64,000 bases of DNA from assembly GCA_965222225.1 (NCBI GenBank), contig CBDCTK010000002.1, positions 1,568,001 to 1,632,000 on the forward strand. The letters are read 5' to 3'. This document shows positions 10,236 through 20,005 of this stretch, piece by piece; the first letter of the stretch is position 1, and the number at the start of each line of letters is the position of its first letter. Made by a program: the position numbers and the translations under genes. This DNA is from Candidatus Poribacteria bacterium (GTDB lineage: Bacteria; Poribacteria; WGA-4E; JAJDTR01). The notes under the pieces were generated by a model. The model ran no database searches and had not been told where the DNA came from. It saw only the letters and a program-made list of their open reading frames with translations.

Positions 10236-10828
10236 GAACCTGTTTGAAAAGTACAGTTTGTAGGATCAACCGACTGAATAGGGAGGGCGATCAAGCGAGT
10301 GAATAGCGAGTGCGATAGAGTTTTTCAGGTGTATAGCAACGCCGAATCGCACAAATCAAAGCACCAGAGTGCGATCAACCGACTGAATAGGGAGGGCGAT
10401 AGTCTTGTAGGATCAAGCGAGTGAATAGCGAGTGCGATAGTCTTGTAGGATCAACTGAGTGGATAACGAAGGCGATAGTCTTGTAGGATCAACTGAGTGG
10501 ATAACGAGGGCGATAGTCTTGTAGGATCAACCGACTGAATAGCGAAGGCGATAGTCTTGTAGGATCAACCGACTGAATAGGGAGGGCGATCAAGGGAGCG
10601 AATAGCGACTGCGATAGAGTTTTTCAGCTGTATAGCAACGCCGAATCGCACAAATCAAAGCCCCAGAGTGCGATCAAGCGAGTGGATAGCGAGTGCGATA
10701 GAAATCCTACCAGCCTTTGGAAATCCCATAGATATCCTACAGGTATGTAGCAGCCAAAAATGAAAACATGAAAACCCTTTTCTACAAATGCTCAAAAATA
10801 GCTTTACTATCTATTTTTCAACAGGCTC
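10236..10828. mobile_element. Non-autonomous MITE (IS5-like ends, TTA target duplication) filled with mini-hairpin repeats (cluster C)
   Basis: TTA|GAACCTGTTTGAAAA ... TTTTTCAACAGGCTC|TTA; no ORF; 10 repeat units inside. Confidence 0.75.
10373..10617 (+). repeat. Tandem array of the mini-hairpin repeat, 38-bp period
   Basis: GATCAA at 10373, 10411, 10449, 10487, 10525 and 10563, joined by the invariant linker TCTTGTAG. Confidence 0.95.
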
Positions 10829-10837
10829 TTACACAAA

Positions 10838-13042
10838 CTACCGGTTCCACAAGTATCCCAGCTTGAATACGATCACTCGGTTTTCCAGTCGCAGCATGTC
10901 CGCGTCCTTCCGCCACCCCTCATTATATCCGACAAATAAGTTGCTCTTTGGGCTGTACTCCCACCCAAACAGAAAACTCACCAAATAGTCTTCAGTAATC
11001 TGTAAATTAGCAAATGCAGTATGTTCGCGAGCCGCCTGCGTGAAGACACGAAAGAACACATCTCTAGTGAACAGATAAGTACCCCGGAAAGAACCTACGA
11101 GGAATCGTCCATCAATTTTCCGCTGTTCATCTAAGCTCTGGGCAAAACTTCCGCGGAGGTCAATCGTAAAGTTGCTTCGTGGTCGAACAGTAGCGGCAAG
11201 AGAGGCTACCCGCTGTAAACCAATGGTCTGTTGCGCGAAGTTGTAGTAATCCGATACGTTAAACCTTAACGATCCGGCAATAGGCTTGGAACGGTTTGTG
11301 TCAATATCCACCGCGAAATAGTTCGCGCCAAAGATGTTTGTCAACTCAATCTCCCTGCTGTGTTCGTACACTGCGCGAATGCGGTTCAAAAAAAACTCGG
11401 TAAACACCAGTCCGGTGGTTAATTTCACATCCGCTGCGACCAAATCCTCCGCAAAGTCCCGAGCGAGCCCTAGTGTAGGATGGCCGCGCTGCCATTGTAC
11501 GAAATAGTCGTTTGTATAAAGCGTCTGAGAAACCCCGCTCCCCGCACCGAAAAACGGACGCCAGCGATTGTCAGTGCGGGCGCTATACGTCGCCTCGGCA
11601 TCCAGCCGTTGCCATCCTCGATACGGCTCCTTCTCGAGGAATCCTGTTTCATTCGTTTCAAACCGAGGTTCGACACGCTCCAACTCCGCCTTGATATCCC
11701 ACAAATAATCACGCTTGGCAAAATTCAAAATGTAGGCGCTCCCGCCCGCGATTCCGTCTGAATGCAGGCTGCGCGCGACCTGTCCCGTCGCATGATAGGT
11801 CTTGCCAAGCGCCAGACTCATGTCTGCGCCGACGACCCGACTGTAGCCATCGCCGTGTTCCCGATTTGTGAAGAGCATCCCAACGTTGGAGCGCTTGAGC
11901 ACATCGCGCTTCACCCGCACTGCAGAATACCATGCTTCCTCCTTGGATCTTGACGGTTTCCCGGCTTCTAGTTCATCAAAACTCCCGGTTAGAGCCCCGA
12001 GTACACCAATCGAATAACGGCTAACCTTGCCCGTCATTTTTCCGCCCCACAGAATGTCGCCAAGACTTCCAATGCGACGGCTAAAAAACAGGTCGAGCGG
12101 TGTCTCAAAAAGGCTGTTGCCCTCAACGAAAAACGGACGCTTCTCCGGAAACCGCGTCGGAAATCGGGTGAGATTAATTTCCAGCTGATCCGCCTCTACC
12201 TGCGCGAAATCGGGGTTCAGCGTGAAGTTCGTCCTTAGCGCACCCGATACGCTGTACTGCACGTCAATCCCTGTGGCCAACTGTCCCGCGACAGGCTGCG
12301 CGTGAGTCTTCGACGAGCCGCCCAGAGCGTAAGGTATGATTTCAAACGATTTCCCGGTTTCAATCCCGGAAAGCCCGACGAGGTGACCAAGATCGGACAT
12401 GCGTGTCCTAGCCCCGGCTTGTGTCATCTGTTTCCAGATAGTAATTTCGGACTTCCTGCGATTCAACCGTTCAATGTCGAATCCCCACACCTGCTCATTC
12501 GTATCGGGAAACCGAAAGTTAGCGAACGGAATCTTAAATTCCGCTGTCCAACCGAGGTCGTCAATTTGCGACTCCACCCACCAGACACCGCGCCAACTTC
12601 CATCAATTTGGGCGTCATCGTAACGATAGTTGTCCTGTTGGATACCGCTCGGAGTTGTGGCAAACTTATAACCCGTACGGTGGTCATGGTGGGGATCGAT
12701 AAAGAACGAGATGAGATCGGAAACGTAAATGTTGCCTCGCCGCGTGATGCGACTCACAATCTTGGCAGGCTCGGAGTCGTAACACCGGAACGCGACGTAG
12801 AGGTTGTGACGATCGTAGGCGATGTAGGCGACGGTTTCATCGGTCGCGGATTCACCGCGTCTCGGCTCTAGCTGGATGAACCCGGAGATGGGAGTTGCCG
12901 CATTCCAAGCGAGGTCATCTAGGCGGCCATCTATTATCGGAGGCGGGGTGTCTTCTAAACGGTATGCTGTAATGAGGTGCGATCCCAAGCCGTCTGTATG
13001 GCCCCAAAGCAGAGACGGGAAAAGGAGCAAAGCAAGAATCAT
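10838..13042 (-). CDS. Carbohydrate-binding family 9-like / DUF5916 outer-membrane protein
   Basis: Signal peptide; PIIDGRLDDLAW, AYDRHNLYVAF, GWTAEFKIPF, TLNPDFAQVEAD, FPEKRPFF; beta-barrel-like C-terminus. Confidence 0.85.
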   Translation of the reverse strand: MILALLLFPSLLWGHTDGLGSHLITAYRLEDTPPPIIDGRLDDLAWNAATPISGFIQLEPRRGESATDETVAYIAYDRHNLYVAFRCYDSEPAKIVSRITRRGNIYVSDLISFFIDPHHDHRTGYKFATTPSGIQQDNYRYDDAQIDGSWRGVWWVESQIDDLGWTAEFKIPFANFRFPDTNEQVWGFDIERLNRRKSEITIWKQMTQAGARTRMSDLGHLVGLSGIETGKSFEIIPYALGGSSKTHAQPVAGQLATGIDVQYSVSGALRTNFTLNPDFAQVEADQLEINLTRFPTRFPEKRPFFVEGNSLFETPLDLFFSRRIGSLGDILWGGKMTGKVSRYSIGVLGALTGSFDELEAGKPSRSKEEAWYSAVRVKRDVLKRSNVGMLFTNREHGDGYSRVVGADMSLALGKTYHATGQVARSLHSDGIAGGSAYILNFAKRDYLWDIKAELERVEPRFETNETGFLEKEPYRGWQRLDAEATYSARTDNRWRPFFGAGSGVSQTLYTNDYFVQWQRGHPTLGLARDFAEDLVAADVKLTTGLVFTEFFLNRIRAVYEHSREIELTNIFGANYFAVDIDTNRSKPIAGSLRFNVSDYYNFAQQTIGLQRVASLAATVRPRSNFTIDLRGSFAQSLDEQRKIDGRFLVGSFRGTYLFTRDVFFRVFTQAAREHTAFANLQITEDYLVSFLFGWEYSPKSNLFVGYNEGWRKDADMLRLENRVIVFKLGYLWNR

Positions 13043-13056
13043 CGGTTACGGGTTAT

Positions 13057-13277
13057 TGTAGGCAGGATCAAGCGATCAAGCGAGTGGATAGCGAGTGCGA
13101 TAGAGATTCTTCCTCTAGTATGTAGTGTGCGATCAACTGAGCGATCAAGGAAGCGAATAGCGACTGCGATAGCTATATGTAGGGTGCGCACTGCGCACCA
13201 GCCTTTGGGGTTGAGTTCTTCTAGGGTGCGATCAACTGACCAAAAATCGCTTTGGCACCGATTATTCAAACAGGCTC
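13057..13277 (+). repeat. Cluster D: mini-hairpin repeats, a REP and the right end of the MITE
   Basis: Units at 13074 and 13143; REP 13179-13199; ATTATTCAAACAGGCTC|TAA. Confidence 0.85.
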
Positions 13278-13347
13278 TAAAGATTACTTCAAACGAAACA
13301 TCTTTCCTGTTTCCAGTTTTCTGAAGCACATGTGTTTCTCTTCCGCT

Positions 13348-14262
13348 TCATTTTTTCCGCGTTACCTCGGCTAACAAAGCCTTCATTCCGTAAAGGCGAT
13401 TCTCCGACTGCTCAAACACAATCGACCGCGGATCAGCAATCAAATCACCCGAAATCTCGTACCCCCGGTGCGCAGGCAAACAGTGCATCACCAATGTGTC
13501 GTGTCCTTCCATGATTGCCTTATTCAACTGATACGGCTGCATCAACTCAATCCGACGCTGTTTTTCGTCTTCAAATTCAGGATTCCCAAAGAACTCCATA
13601 TCCACCCAAGTATCAGTATAAACTACATCACTTTCAGCTATAGCTTCGCTGAGACAATCTGACAACCTGCACAACCCCGTCCGACATGCCTCTGCAAGCA
13701 GTGCTTCGTCAGCCGCCGCCGGATTTGTAATCGGCGCCACAATCGTAATCTCCATGCCAACCTTCATCCCCGCCGCAATAAGCGAGTTACACACATTGTT
13801 ATGGATCCCGACATAGGTGAGTTTCACTCCCTCTATCCGTCCTAGTCTTTCTTGGATGGTCATCAGATCCGCCAATATCTGGGTAGGGTGATACCGATCG
13901 CAACATCCGTTGATTATTGGAACCGATGAGACTTCCGCTGCCCGGATTACGTCCGCATGATTTAGTAGCCGCGCTAGAATGACATCAACATACGCTGATA
14001 ATACGCGAATTTCATCATGGAAGTCCGTCAAGACAAAATTTGTCACTCCCCAATCCAAGAAGAAGGCGTGCCCCCCTAACTGCGTCATACCCACCTCGCC
14101 GGCACAGCGAGTTCGAGTCGATGTCTTCTGAAATAACAGCGCGAGGCTTCGGCCGCGCATCAGGTCTTCAAACTTCTCCGGGAAACGCTTAATTTCGATG
14201 CTTTTCTCAACAACATCAAGGATATTTTCTCGCGTCCAGTCCTTGAGTGAAATCAAGTGCAT
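13348..14262 (-). CDS. argF: Ornithine carbamoyltransferase
   Basis: KTSTRT, HPTQ, YTDTW and HCLP motifs. Confidence 0.9.
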   Translation of the reverse strand: MHLISLKDWTRENILDVVEKSIEIKRFPEKFEDLMRGRSLALLFQKTSTRTRCAGEVGMTQLGGHAFFLDWGVTNFVLTDFHDEIRVLSAYVDVILARLLNHADVIRAAEVSSVPIINGCCDRYHPTQILADLMTIQERLGRIEGVKLTYVGIHNNVCNSLIAAGMKVGMEITIVAPITNPAAADEALLAEACRTGLCRLSDCLSEAIAESDVVYTDTWVDMEFFGNPEFEDEKQRRIELMQPYQLNKAIMEGHDTLVMHCLPAHRGYEISGDLIADPRSIVFEQSENRLYGMKALLAEVTRKK

Positions 14263-14623
14263 AACTCTTCTCCAAAGATAAACAATGAAAAATGTCGAAA
14301 AGCCTATTTAATCAGTCTACAATCCATCTTCGCCGTTCTTTTTCTTTCTCAAATTTCTAGGCTCAATACTTCGTTACGATTAGTCCGATTTCCACATCTG
14401 TTAATGTATTCTGCCCCAAAATAGATCAATGTTGGCAAACAGATGCAGCCGCTGTCCGCCAACATTGAGTTCAATACACGTATCACTGTCTTAGTTCATA
14501 GTCCAACTACCGACCGCTGGTCGATGTTTGGTCAGTTGCGTAGTCCTCATTGTATCATGTTCCCGACAAAATGCCAAACAAATACGAGCCTTGGGCAAAT
14601 AAACCTCGTGTTCCTGCCGCTGT

Positions 14624-15430
14624 TTATCCACTCCGTTTCAGTCTTCCCGTTCGTTTCGCATACTGTTCCCCCAAATGGAAAATCCAAAAACCGAGCGGGA
14701 TTGTTATGATGCCAATTATCAGCAGCAAAATGAGGTTGCCCGCTTGGTCGGCAATCGACGAATTATCAAGCATTGCTGCCCGAATGGACCTAAGCGCATA
14801 CGTCGCAGGGGAAATTCGAGATAACGGTTGAATCCATTCCGGCAATACCTCAATCTCGTAGTAGACGCCGGAAATCAGCAAAACAACGGATTGGAGGATT
14901 CCCGTTGCTGCCTGACCCTTTTCGGGCGAAAGCAGTGGAAAAATCGCCGCCATCAAGCCGATCCCGATAAAGGAAACGCTCGCGATGAGCACAGTCACTG
15001 CCAGCGTCAACCAATTGGCGTGACTTAGATCGATGTGCTCTCTGAAAAAGAGTGGCATCACCGCCAACACAATCCCTGTCCGCAACAGACCATACAGAAT
15101 AGCAAAGAGACACGAGCCGACAAGATGTGTGATGCGGTAAATAGGTGCCATAAACGTGTACTCAATCGTGCCCTCCCAGCGTTCCCATGTTATGGCATCG
15201 CTTACCTCTCTCATCATAATTGAAAGGAATCCCCAAATCAATGCGCCGATCACCAAGTAAAGCACGTCTTTTGCGGAGCCGCGCCCGACCATGATTAACC
15301 CAATCGTTAATGCATTGACGATTGAATAGGTGAAAAAGAGAATCTCCCAGTTGAGATACCGCTTGAGAAGATTGAAATTGCGTTCAATGAAAGCATAGGA
15401 AACCACAGTTTCACGTTTGATATCGAACAT
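14624..15430 (-). CDS. ABC-2 type exporter permease
   Basis: Multiple TM helices; ERWEGTIEY; SGVYY..LPEWIQ. Confidence 0.9.
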   Translation of the reverse strand: MFDIKRETVVSYAFIERNFNLLKRYLNWEILFFTYSIVNALTIGLIMVGRGSAKDVLYLVIGALIWGFLSIMMREVSDAITWERWEGTIEYTFMAPIYRITHLVGSCLFAILYGLLRTGIVLAVMPLFFREHIDLSHANWLTLAVTVLIASVSFIGIGLMAAIFPLLSPEKGQAATGILQSVVLLISGVYYEIEVLPEWIQPLSRISPATYALRSIRAAMLDNSSIADQAGNLILLLIIGIITIPLGFWIFHLGEQYAKRTGRLKRSG

Positions 15431-15433
15431 TGT

Positions 15434-16285
15434 CTACTCCACATCCTCCGCCAAATCTTTTCCGGTAAGCTCGATAAACACATCCTCAAGCGTAACCTGT
15501 TTGTCTTGCATGCTAATCTGGGCTTTGAGTTCCTTCGCCGTACCCGTGGCGATAAACTTGCCCTTGTCAATAATTGCAATGTGATCGCATAGGGATTCGG
15601 CTTCGTCCATATCGTGCGTAGTCAATAACACAACAACATCGTGCTCTTCCCGAATCTCATTAATCAACCGCTGTACATCGCGTTTCGATTTTGGATCTAA
15701 GCCTGTGGTGGGCTCATCAAGCAGCAGCAGAATCGGCGAGGTAAGGAGTGCGCGAGCGATAGCAATCTTTTGTTGCATGCCTCGTGAAAGATCTTCCATC
15801 GACTCATTCATCCGAGTAGAATCAAAGCCAAGCCGAACCAGAATCTTTTCAGCCTTGCCCCGAGCTTCGCCTGCCGAGAGATCGTAAAGCCGCGCGGCAT
15901 ACAGTAAGTTCTCTGTCGAAGACAGCCGCTTGAAAAACGAGGCCTCCACAGAAACCCGGTTAATCATCTGTCGAAACTTGAAGCTGTCGTTGACTACATC
16001 GTATCCAAGAAAGCCAATCTGCCCGCTATCAGGAAGTAGCAGTGTAGAAATCAATCGAATCAGAGTCGATTTTCCAGATCCATTGGCGCCGAGGATACCG
16101 TAAATTTCTCCCATTCCAACCTGAAACGAAACATTGTCAACTGCTTTGATGACCTCCTTCTCCCGTCTTAACTGATGACGGATTTTCTGGGAGAACGTCA
16201 ATTTACTATCTTGTGGGTACGGTTTCTTCCGGTAGAAATGTTTAACGAGTCGGTCAACTACCAAACCGTTTGATGTAATTATCAC
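15434..16285 (-). CDS. ABC transporter ATP-binding protein
   Basis: GANGSGKS, LSRGMQQ, LLLLDEPT, TTH. Confidence 0.95.
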   Translation of the reverse strand: MIITSNGLVVDRLVKHFYRKKPYPQDSKLTFSQKIRHQLRREKEVIKAVDNVSFQVGMGEIYGILGANGSGKSTLIRLISTLLLPDSGQIGFLGYDVVNDSFKFRQMINRVSVEASFFKRLSSTENLLYAARLYDLSAGEARGKAEKILVRLGFDSTRMNESMEDLSRGMQQKIAIARALLTSPILLLLDEPTTGLDPKSKRDVQRLINEIREEHDVVVLLTTHDMDEAESLCDHIAIIDKGKFIATGTAKELKAQISMQDKQVTLEDVFIELTGKDLAEDVE

Positions 16286-16368
16286 AATATTCCTTTAGCC
16301 CGTCCCTTCATATTTGAGATATGCAGGTTTCCTTTCCGACTAACCACTAATCTCGACTTTGTACATTT

Positions 16369-16597
16369 GTAGGATCAACTGAGTGGATAACGAAGGCGAT
16401 AGTCTTGTAGGATCAAGTGAGTGAATAGCGAGTGCGATAGAGATCCCCCGCCCACCATTTCTTGTAGGGTGCACACTGCGCACCAGCCTTTGAGAGTGCC
16501 AGCGGCGATCAAGCGAGCGAATAGCGACACTGCGATAGAGATCCCCTGCGATCAAATGAGTGAATAGCGAACGCGATAGAACTCCCATAGAAATCCC
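16369..16597 (+). repeat. Cluster E: mini-hairpin repeats with a REP
   Basis: Units at 16373, 16411, 16507 and 16550; REP 16464-16484. Confidence 0.9.
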
Positions 16598-16970
16598 AAA
16601 AGGTTGGAGAGTGTTAGAAACCCCCGGCGACTTTTTCCGATACATCGGGTTGGGTGAAACACAAGTTCTAGTCTATAAGGAAGACTTTTTCAATGGTCAA
16701 CCAAAAAGACCGGATAGTTAAAATCTCACCGGCTTTTCTGGAACGCTTGATTGACACCGTCTGTTATACTGCTTAAATGTACAAAGTCGAGACAATCGTT
16801 AGTTCACTGTCATTGTTCTTTGTTAATCAGTATTGCAATCCCTCTCGCGTTACGCATCATGCAGTATTTCTTTTTCACTTGACAGATAAGCAACCAAGTA
16901 TGTATAATTGCGCAGAATCGCAGTCATAGTGCGAACCAAAGCATATTGACAAATACTAAAGGAGGATAAG

Positions 16971-17255
16971 ATGGCTGACAAATTGTCGAAGCAAGATGTC
17001 ATTAGCAGTGTTGCTGATGCAACAGGTTTGACTAAGAAAGAAGCAGGCGACGCAGTTGACGCCGTCGTCAACACTATCAAGAATGCCCTCGCTGAAGGAA
17101 ACTCGGTGGGGCTAATTGGGTTTGGCTCTTTTGAGGTAAAGACCAGAGCGGCTCGCACAGGACGTAACCCGCAGACAGGCGCAGAACTTGATATTCCTGA
17201 AAAAAAAGTCCCATCCTTCAAGGCTGGTAAAGAGCTAAAAGACGCTGTCGCGTGA
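16971..17255 (+). CDS. hup: HU family DNA-binding protein
   Basis: GFGSF...[12 protein letters not shown]...[14 protein letters not shown]; RBS AAGGAGG. Confidence 0.97.
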   Translation: MADKLSKQDVISSVADATGLTKKEAGDAVDAVVNTIKNALAEGNSVGLIGFGSFEVKTRAARTGRNPQTGAELDIPEKKVPSFKAGKELKDAVA

Positions 17256-17790
17256 TGTCCGTTTGACAGTTACCGGATTTTGGACGCCTTGATTTGCTTG
17301 CGAGCATTTCCCGCGCGCATGTTAAGGCTTCCAATATCTTGAGTGGCTTGGCTCCAAGGTGTAAACCTCGATCTTCATCAAATTCATCAATGTCCTAAAA
17401 CTATCACGCAAAAGCGGTAATGTAGACGTGATTCAATTATCCCATCATTATACTTCCATTCAATCTTTCATTTCAAGCGAATCCTTCGACGATAGAGGTT
17501 CTCTGTTTCCCAAAAGCGGGTGAAATTCTGGTTCGATAGATCGTAAACGCTGCCACTGTCAGGCGTTTTCTTGATGTGCGGCAAATGATAATTACTTGGA
17601 ATCGGGAAGGTGCGGATGTCTGGAGCGTGAAACAAACCTACATGTCGCCGATTTCTGGTAGCTTTCCGTTGAAACGTCCCGACTGCCGCCGTATTTAGAA
17701 TGCCTCGGCGCGTACAGTGGGTGTGGTTCAGGGTTCGTCGGTTGTCGCTGATACGACAACCGAATCTGACTCCATCACAGGAGGTCATTA

Positions 17791-18843
17791 ATGTTACTTC
17801 GAGCTCGAGCCCCCGTGCGCATTGATTTTGCTGGGGGCTGGACCGATGTTGCCCTATTTACAGAGGAGTCCAAAGGGCTAGTTGTAAACGCTGCAATTAA
17901 TATTTATTCCTTCGCTACGATTGCGTGCAATGACGGTCGGATTGAGAGCGACTTGCCAGGAAAACAACCTGATTCCAAAAGCGGTGTTCGACTATATTCA
18001 GCGGATTTTGATGTCCACGTTGAAACACCAGATGTGAATCAGCTTGAGTATGACGGCAACATTGACCTCGTGAAAGCGGCATTACGCATGATGCTGGGAA
18101 AAGGAGACGGATTCAGCCTTTCTACCCAATCAATTGCACCACCGGAAAGCGGACTCGGGACCTCGGCTGCAATGGGAGTTGCGTTAGTCGGCGTGGTTAG
18201 TGCGTTCAAAGAGTCCCCACTGCTGTCTTACGAATACGCTGAATTAGCAAGTTCAATTGAACGCCACGAATTAGGGATTCTTGGCGGCAAGCAAGATCAC
18301 TACGCTAGTACGGTCGGCGGAATCAATTTCATGGAGTTTATGGGCGAAGAGGTGAAGACTTCTAGCCTGAAAATCGCGCCTGACGTCTGTAATGAGCTAG
18401 AGAAAAATCTCGTCTTATGTTACTCGGGTAAATCTCGTCCATCTGGAAATATCCATCAAAATGTGACCGATGCGTACTTGAACAAAGAAGTGAAAACGCG
18501 GACAGCGCTTAGAAACATGAAAGACATAGCCCGTGTTGCCAAAACCGCGCTCATGGACGGCAAATTGTCAAATTTCGGTCAACTACTAAATGAGAATTGG
18601 GCAAATCAAAAATGTCTTCACCCTTCAGTGACGAATGAGCATATCGACGGCCTCTTCAATACTGCGCTGAGTCACGGCGCCATCGGTGGAAAGGCGTGTG
18701 GTGCCGGTGGGGGCGGATGCCTTGTGTTCTATTGCGAACCGGATCGAGAACATCGTGTCCGTCAAAAGCTCGAAGAGTCGGGCGCGAAAATCATTGACTT
18801 CAACTTTGACTTCGGTGGACTGCAGACGTGGCGAGTCAATTAA
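17791..18843 (+). CDS. GHMP kinase (HddA-like sugar-phosphate kinase)
   Basis: APVRIDFAGGWTD, PPESGLGTS, GGKQD, GAGGGG. Confidence 0.9.
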   Translation: MLLRARAPVRIDFAGGWTDVALFTEESKGLVVNAAINIYSFATIACNDGRIESDLPGKQPDSKSGVRLYSADFDVHVETPDVNQLEYDGNIDLVKAALRMMLGKGDGFSLSTQSIAPPESGLGTSAAMGVALVGVVSAFKESPLLSYEYAELASSIERHELGILGGKQDHYASTVGGINFMEFMGEEVKTSSLKIAPDVCNELEKNLVLCYSGKSRPSGNIHQNVTDAYLNKEVKTRTALRNMKDIARVAKTALMDGKLSNFGQLLNENWANQKCLHPSVTNEHIDGLFNTALSHGAIGGKACGAGGGGCLVFYCEPDREHRVRQKLEESGAKIIDFNFDFGGLQTWRVN

Positions 18844-18925
18844 ATCCGTACCGTCTGATTCTGTTACCCGACTAGTTCCGTTGACATCGGAGTCCTCACA
18901 CGTGAAGAAAAACTATCAGATTAAT

Positions 18926-19924
18926 ATGGTAGACACAGACCTAAAAGCTGCCGAATTCCTCACCAAGGCACGTACAAAAATCTTGGAGGAATTAAAGAAG
19001 CAGATTGTCGGTCAGCAGAACGTCATTGATGAACTCTTAATCTCCCTGTTTTCTCAAGGACACTGTCTGCTTGTCGGGGTGCCTGGATTAGCAAAAACAC
19101 TACTGATTAACAGCCTCGCCCGGATTCTCGATCTTGAATTTAATCGCGTCCAATTTACACCCGATTTAATGCCCTCTGACATTATCGGCACGGACATTAT
19201 TCAAGAGGATATCGAAACGGGAAGGAGATCGTTTCGGTTCATTAAAGGTCCTGTTTTCTCAAACATATTACTCGCAGATGAGATTAATCGTACTCCGCCA
19301 AAAACGCAGGCCGCGCTGCTGCAGGCTATGCAGGAGTACAAAGTATCGGCAGGTGGAACGACTTACGGTTTGGACCTTCCCTTCTTCGTGTTGGCGACCC
19401 AGAATCCAATCGAACAGGAAGGAACATATCCGCTTCCGGAAGCACAGTTAGATCGCTTTATGTTCAACATTTATATTGACTATCCCGATAAAGAAGATGA
19501 AAAACAGATAGTCATGGCGACAACCTCCGCCTACGATCCCGAATTAGAACACGTGCTGACTGGAGAGGAAGTCTTGCGCTTGCAGAAAATCGTGCGCAAA
19601 GTGCCAATTGCGGAGTCGATTGTAAACTACGCTGTCGAATTAAGCCGGAACTCTCGACCCAACACGCCAGAGGCGCTCAAAGAGATTAAAGACTGGGTGA
19701 ATTGGGGGGCGGGCCCTCGTGCCTCACAGCACCTTGTGTTAGGTGGGAAAGCACGTGCAATCATGCACGGCCGCTATCATGTCTCCTGTGACGACATAAG
19801 AGCTGTCGCGAAACCCGTCCTACGCCACCGGATCTTAACAAATTTTAACGCCGAGGCGGATGGAATCACGAGCCTTGATATTATCAATCGCCTGCTAGAA
19901 ACTACCAAACTACCGGACTCTTAG
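18926..19924 (+). CDS. MoxR-family AAA+ ATPase
   Basis: GVPGLAKT, QFTPDLMPSDI, LADEINRTPPKTQ, ATQNPIEQEGTYPLPEAQLDRF. Confidence 0.95.
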   Translation: MVDTDLKAAEFLTKARTKILEELKKQIVGQQNVIDELLISLFSQGHCLLVGVPGLAKTLLINSLARILDLEFNRVQFTPDLMPSDIIGTDIIQEDIETGRRSFRFIKGPVFSNILLADEINRTPPKTQAALLQAMQEYKVSAGGTTYGLDLPFFVLATQNPIEQEGTYPLPEAQLDRFMFNIYIDYPDKEDEKQIVMATTSAYDPELEHVLTGEEVLRLQKIVRKVPIAESIVNYAVELSRNSRPNTPEALKEIKDWVNWGAGPRASQHLVLGGKARAIMHGRYHVSCDDIRAVAKPVLRHRILTNFNAEADGITSLDIINRLLETTKLPDS

Positions 19925-20005
19925 GCGAGCGACGCAGTAGTTTTCAGCCTTTGTGTGGAGCGTTTCTGCACCAACCAATTTTTTTTTCGAATACATGATA
20001 TTCCT

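Noticed and set aside
10373-10617. CRISPR array
   Set aside because: No unique spacers; the variation is within the unit and base-paired; no cas genes in the window.
12977-13324. ORFs crossing the repeat clusters (7968-8171, 12977-13324, 13039-13329, 16340-16645)
   Set aside because: Peptides such as RVRSTERSRKRIATAI are translations of the DNA repeat; no RBS or protein family signal.
8103-16597. Diversity-generating retroelement TR/VR explanation for the position-specific variability
   Set aside because: Adenines in the scaffold are largely conserved, variable sites change in compensating pairs, the copies are non-coding, and there is no reverse transcriptase in the window.
17256-17790. 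535-bp gap after hup, with a 106-aa minus-strand ORF and a hairpin (CGGTTGTCG/CGACAACCG) before the kinase RBS
   Set aside because: No ncRNA or riboswitch consensus recognised and the ORF looks non-coding; an Rfam/Infernal search would be needed.
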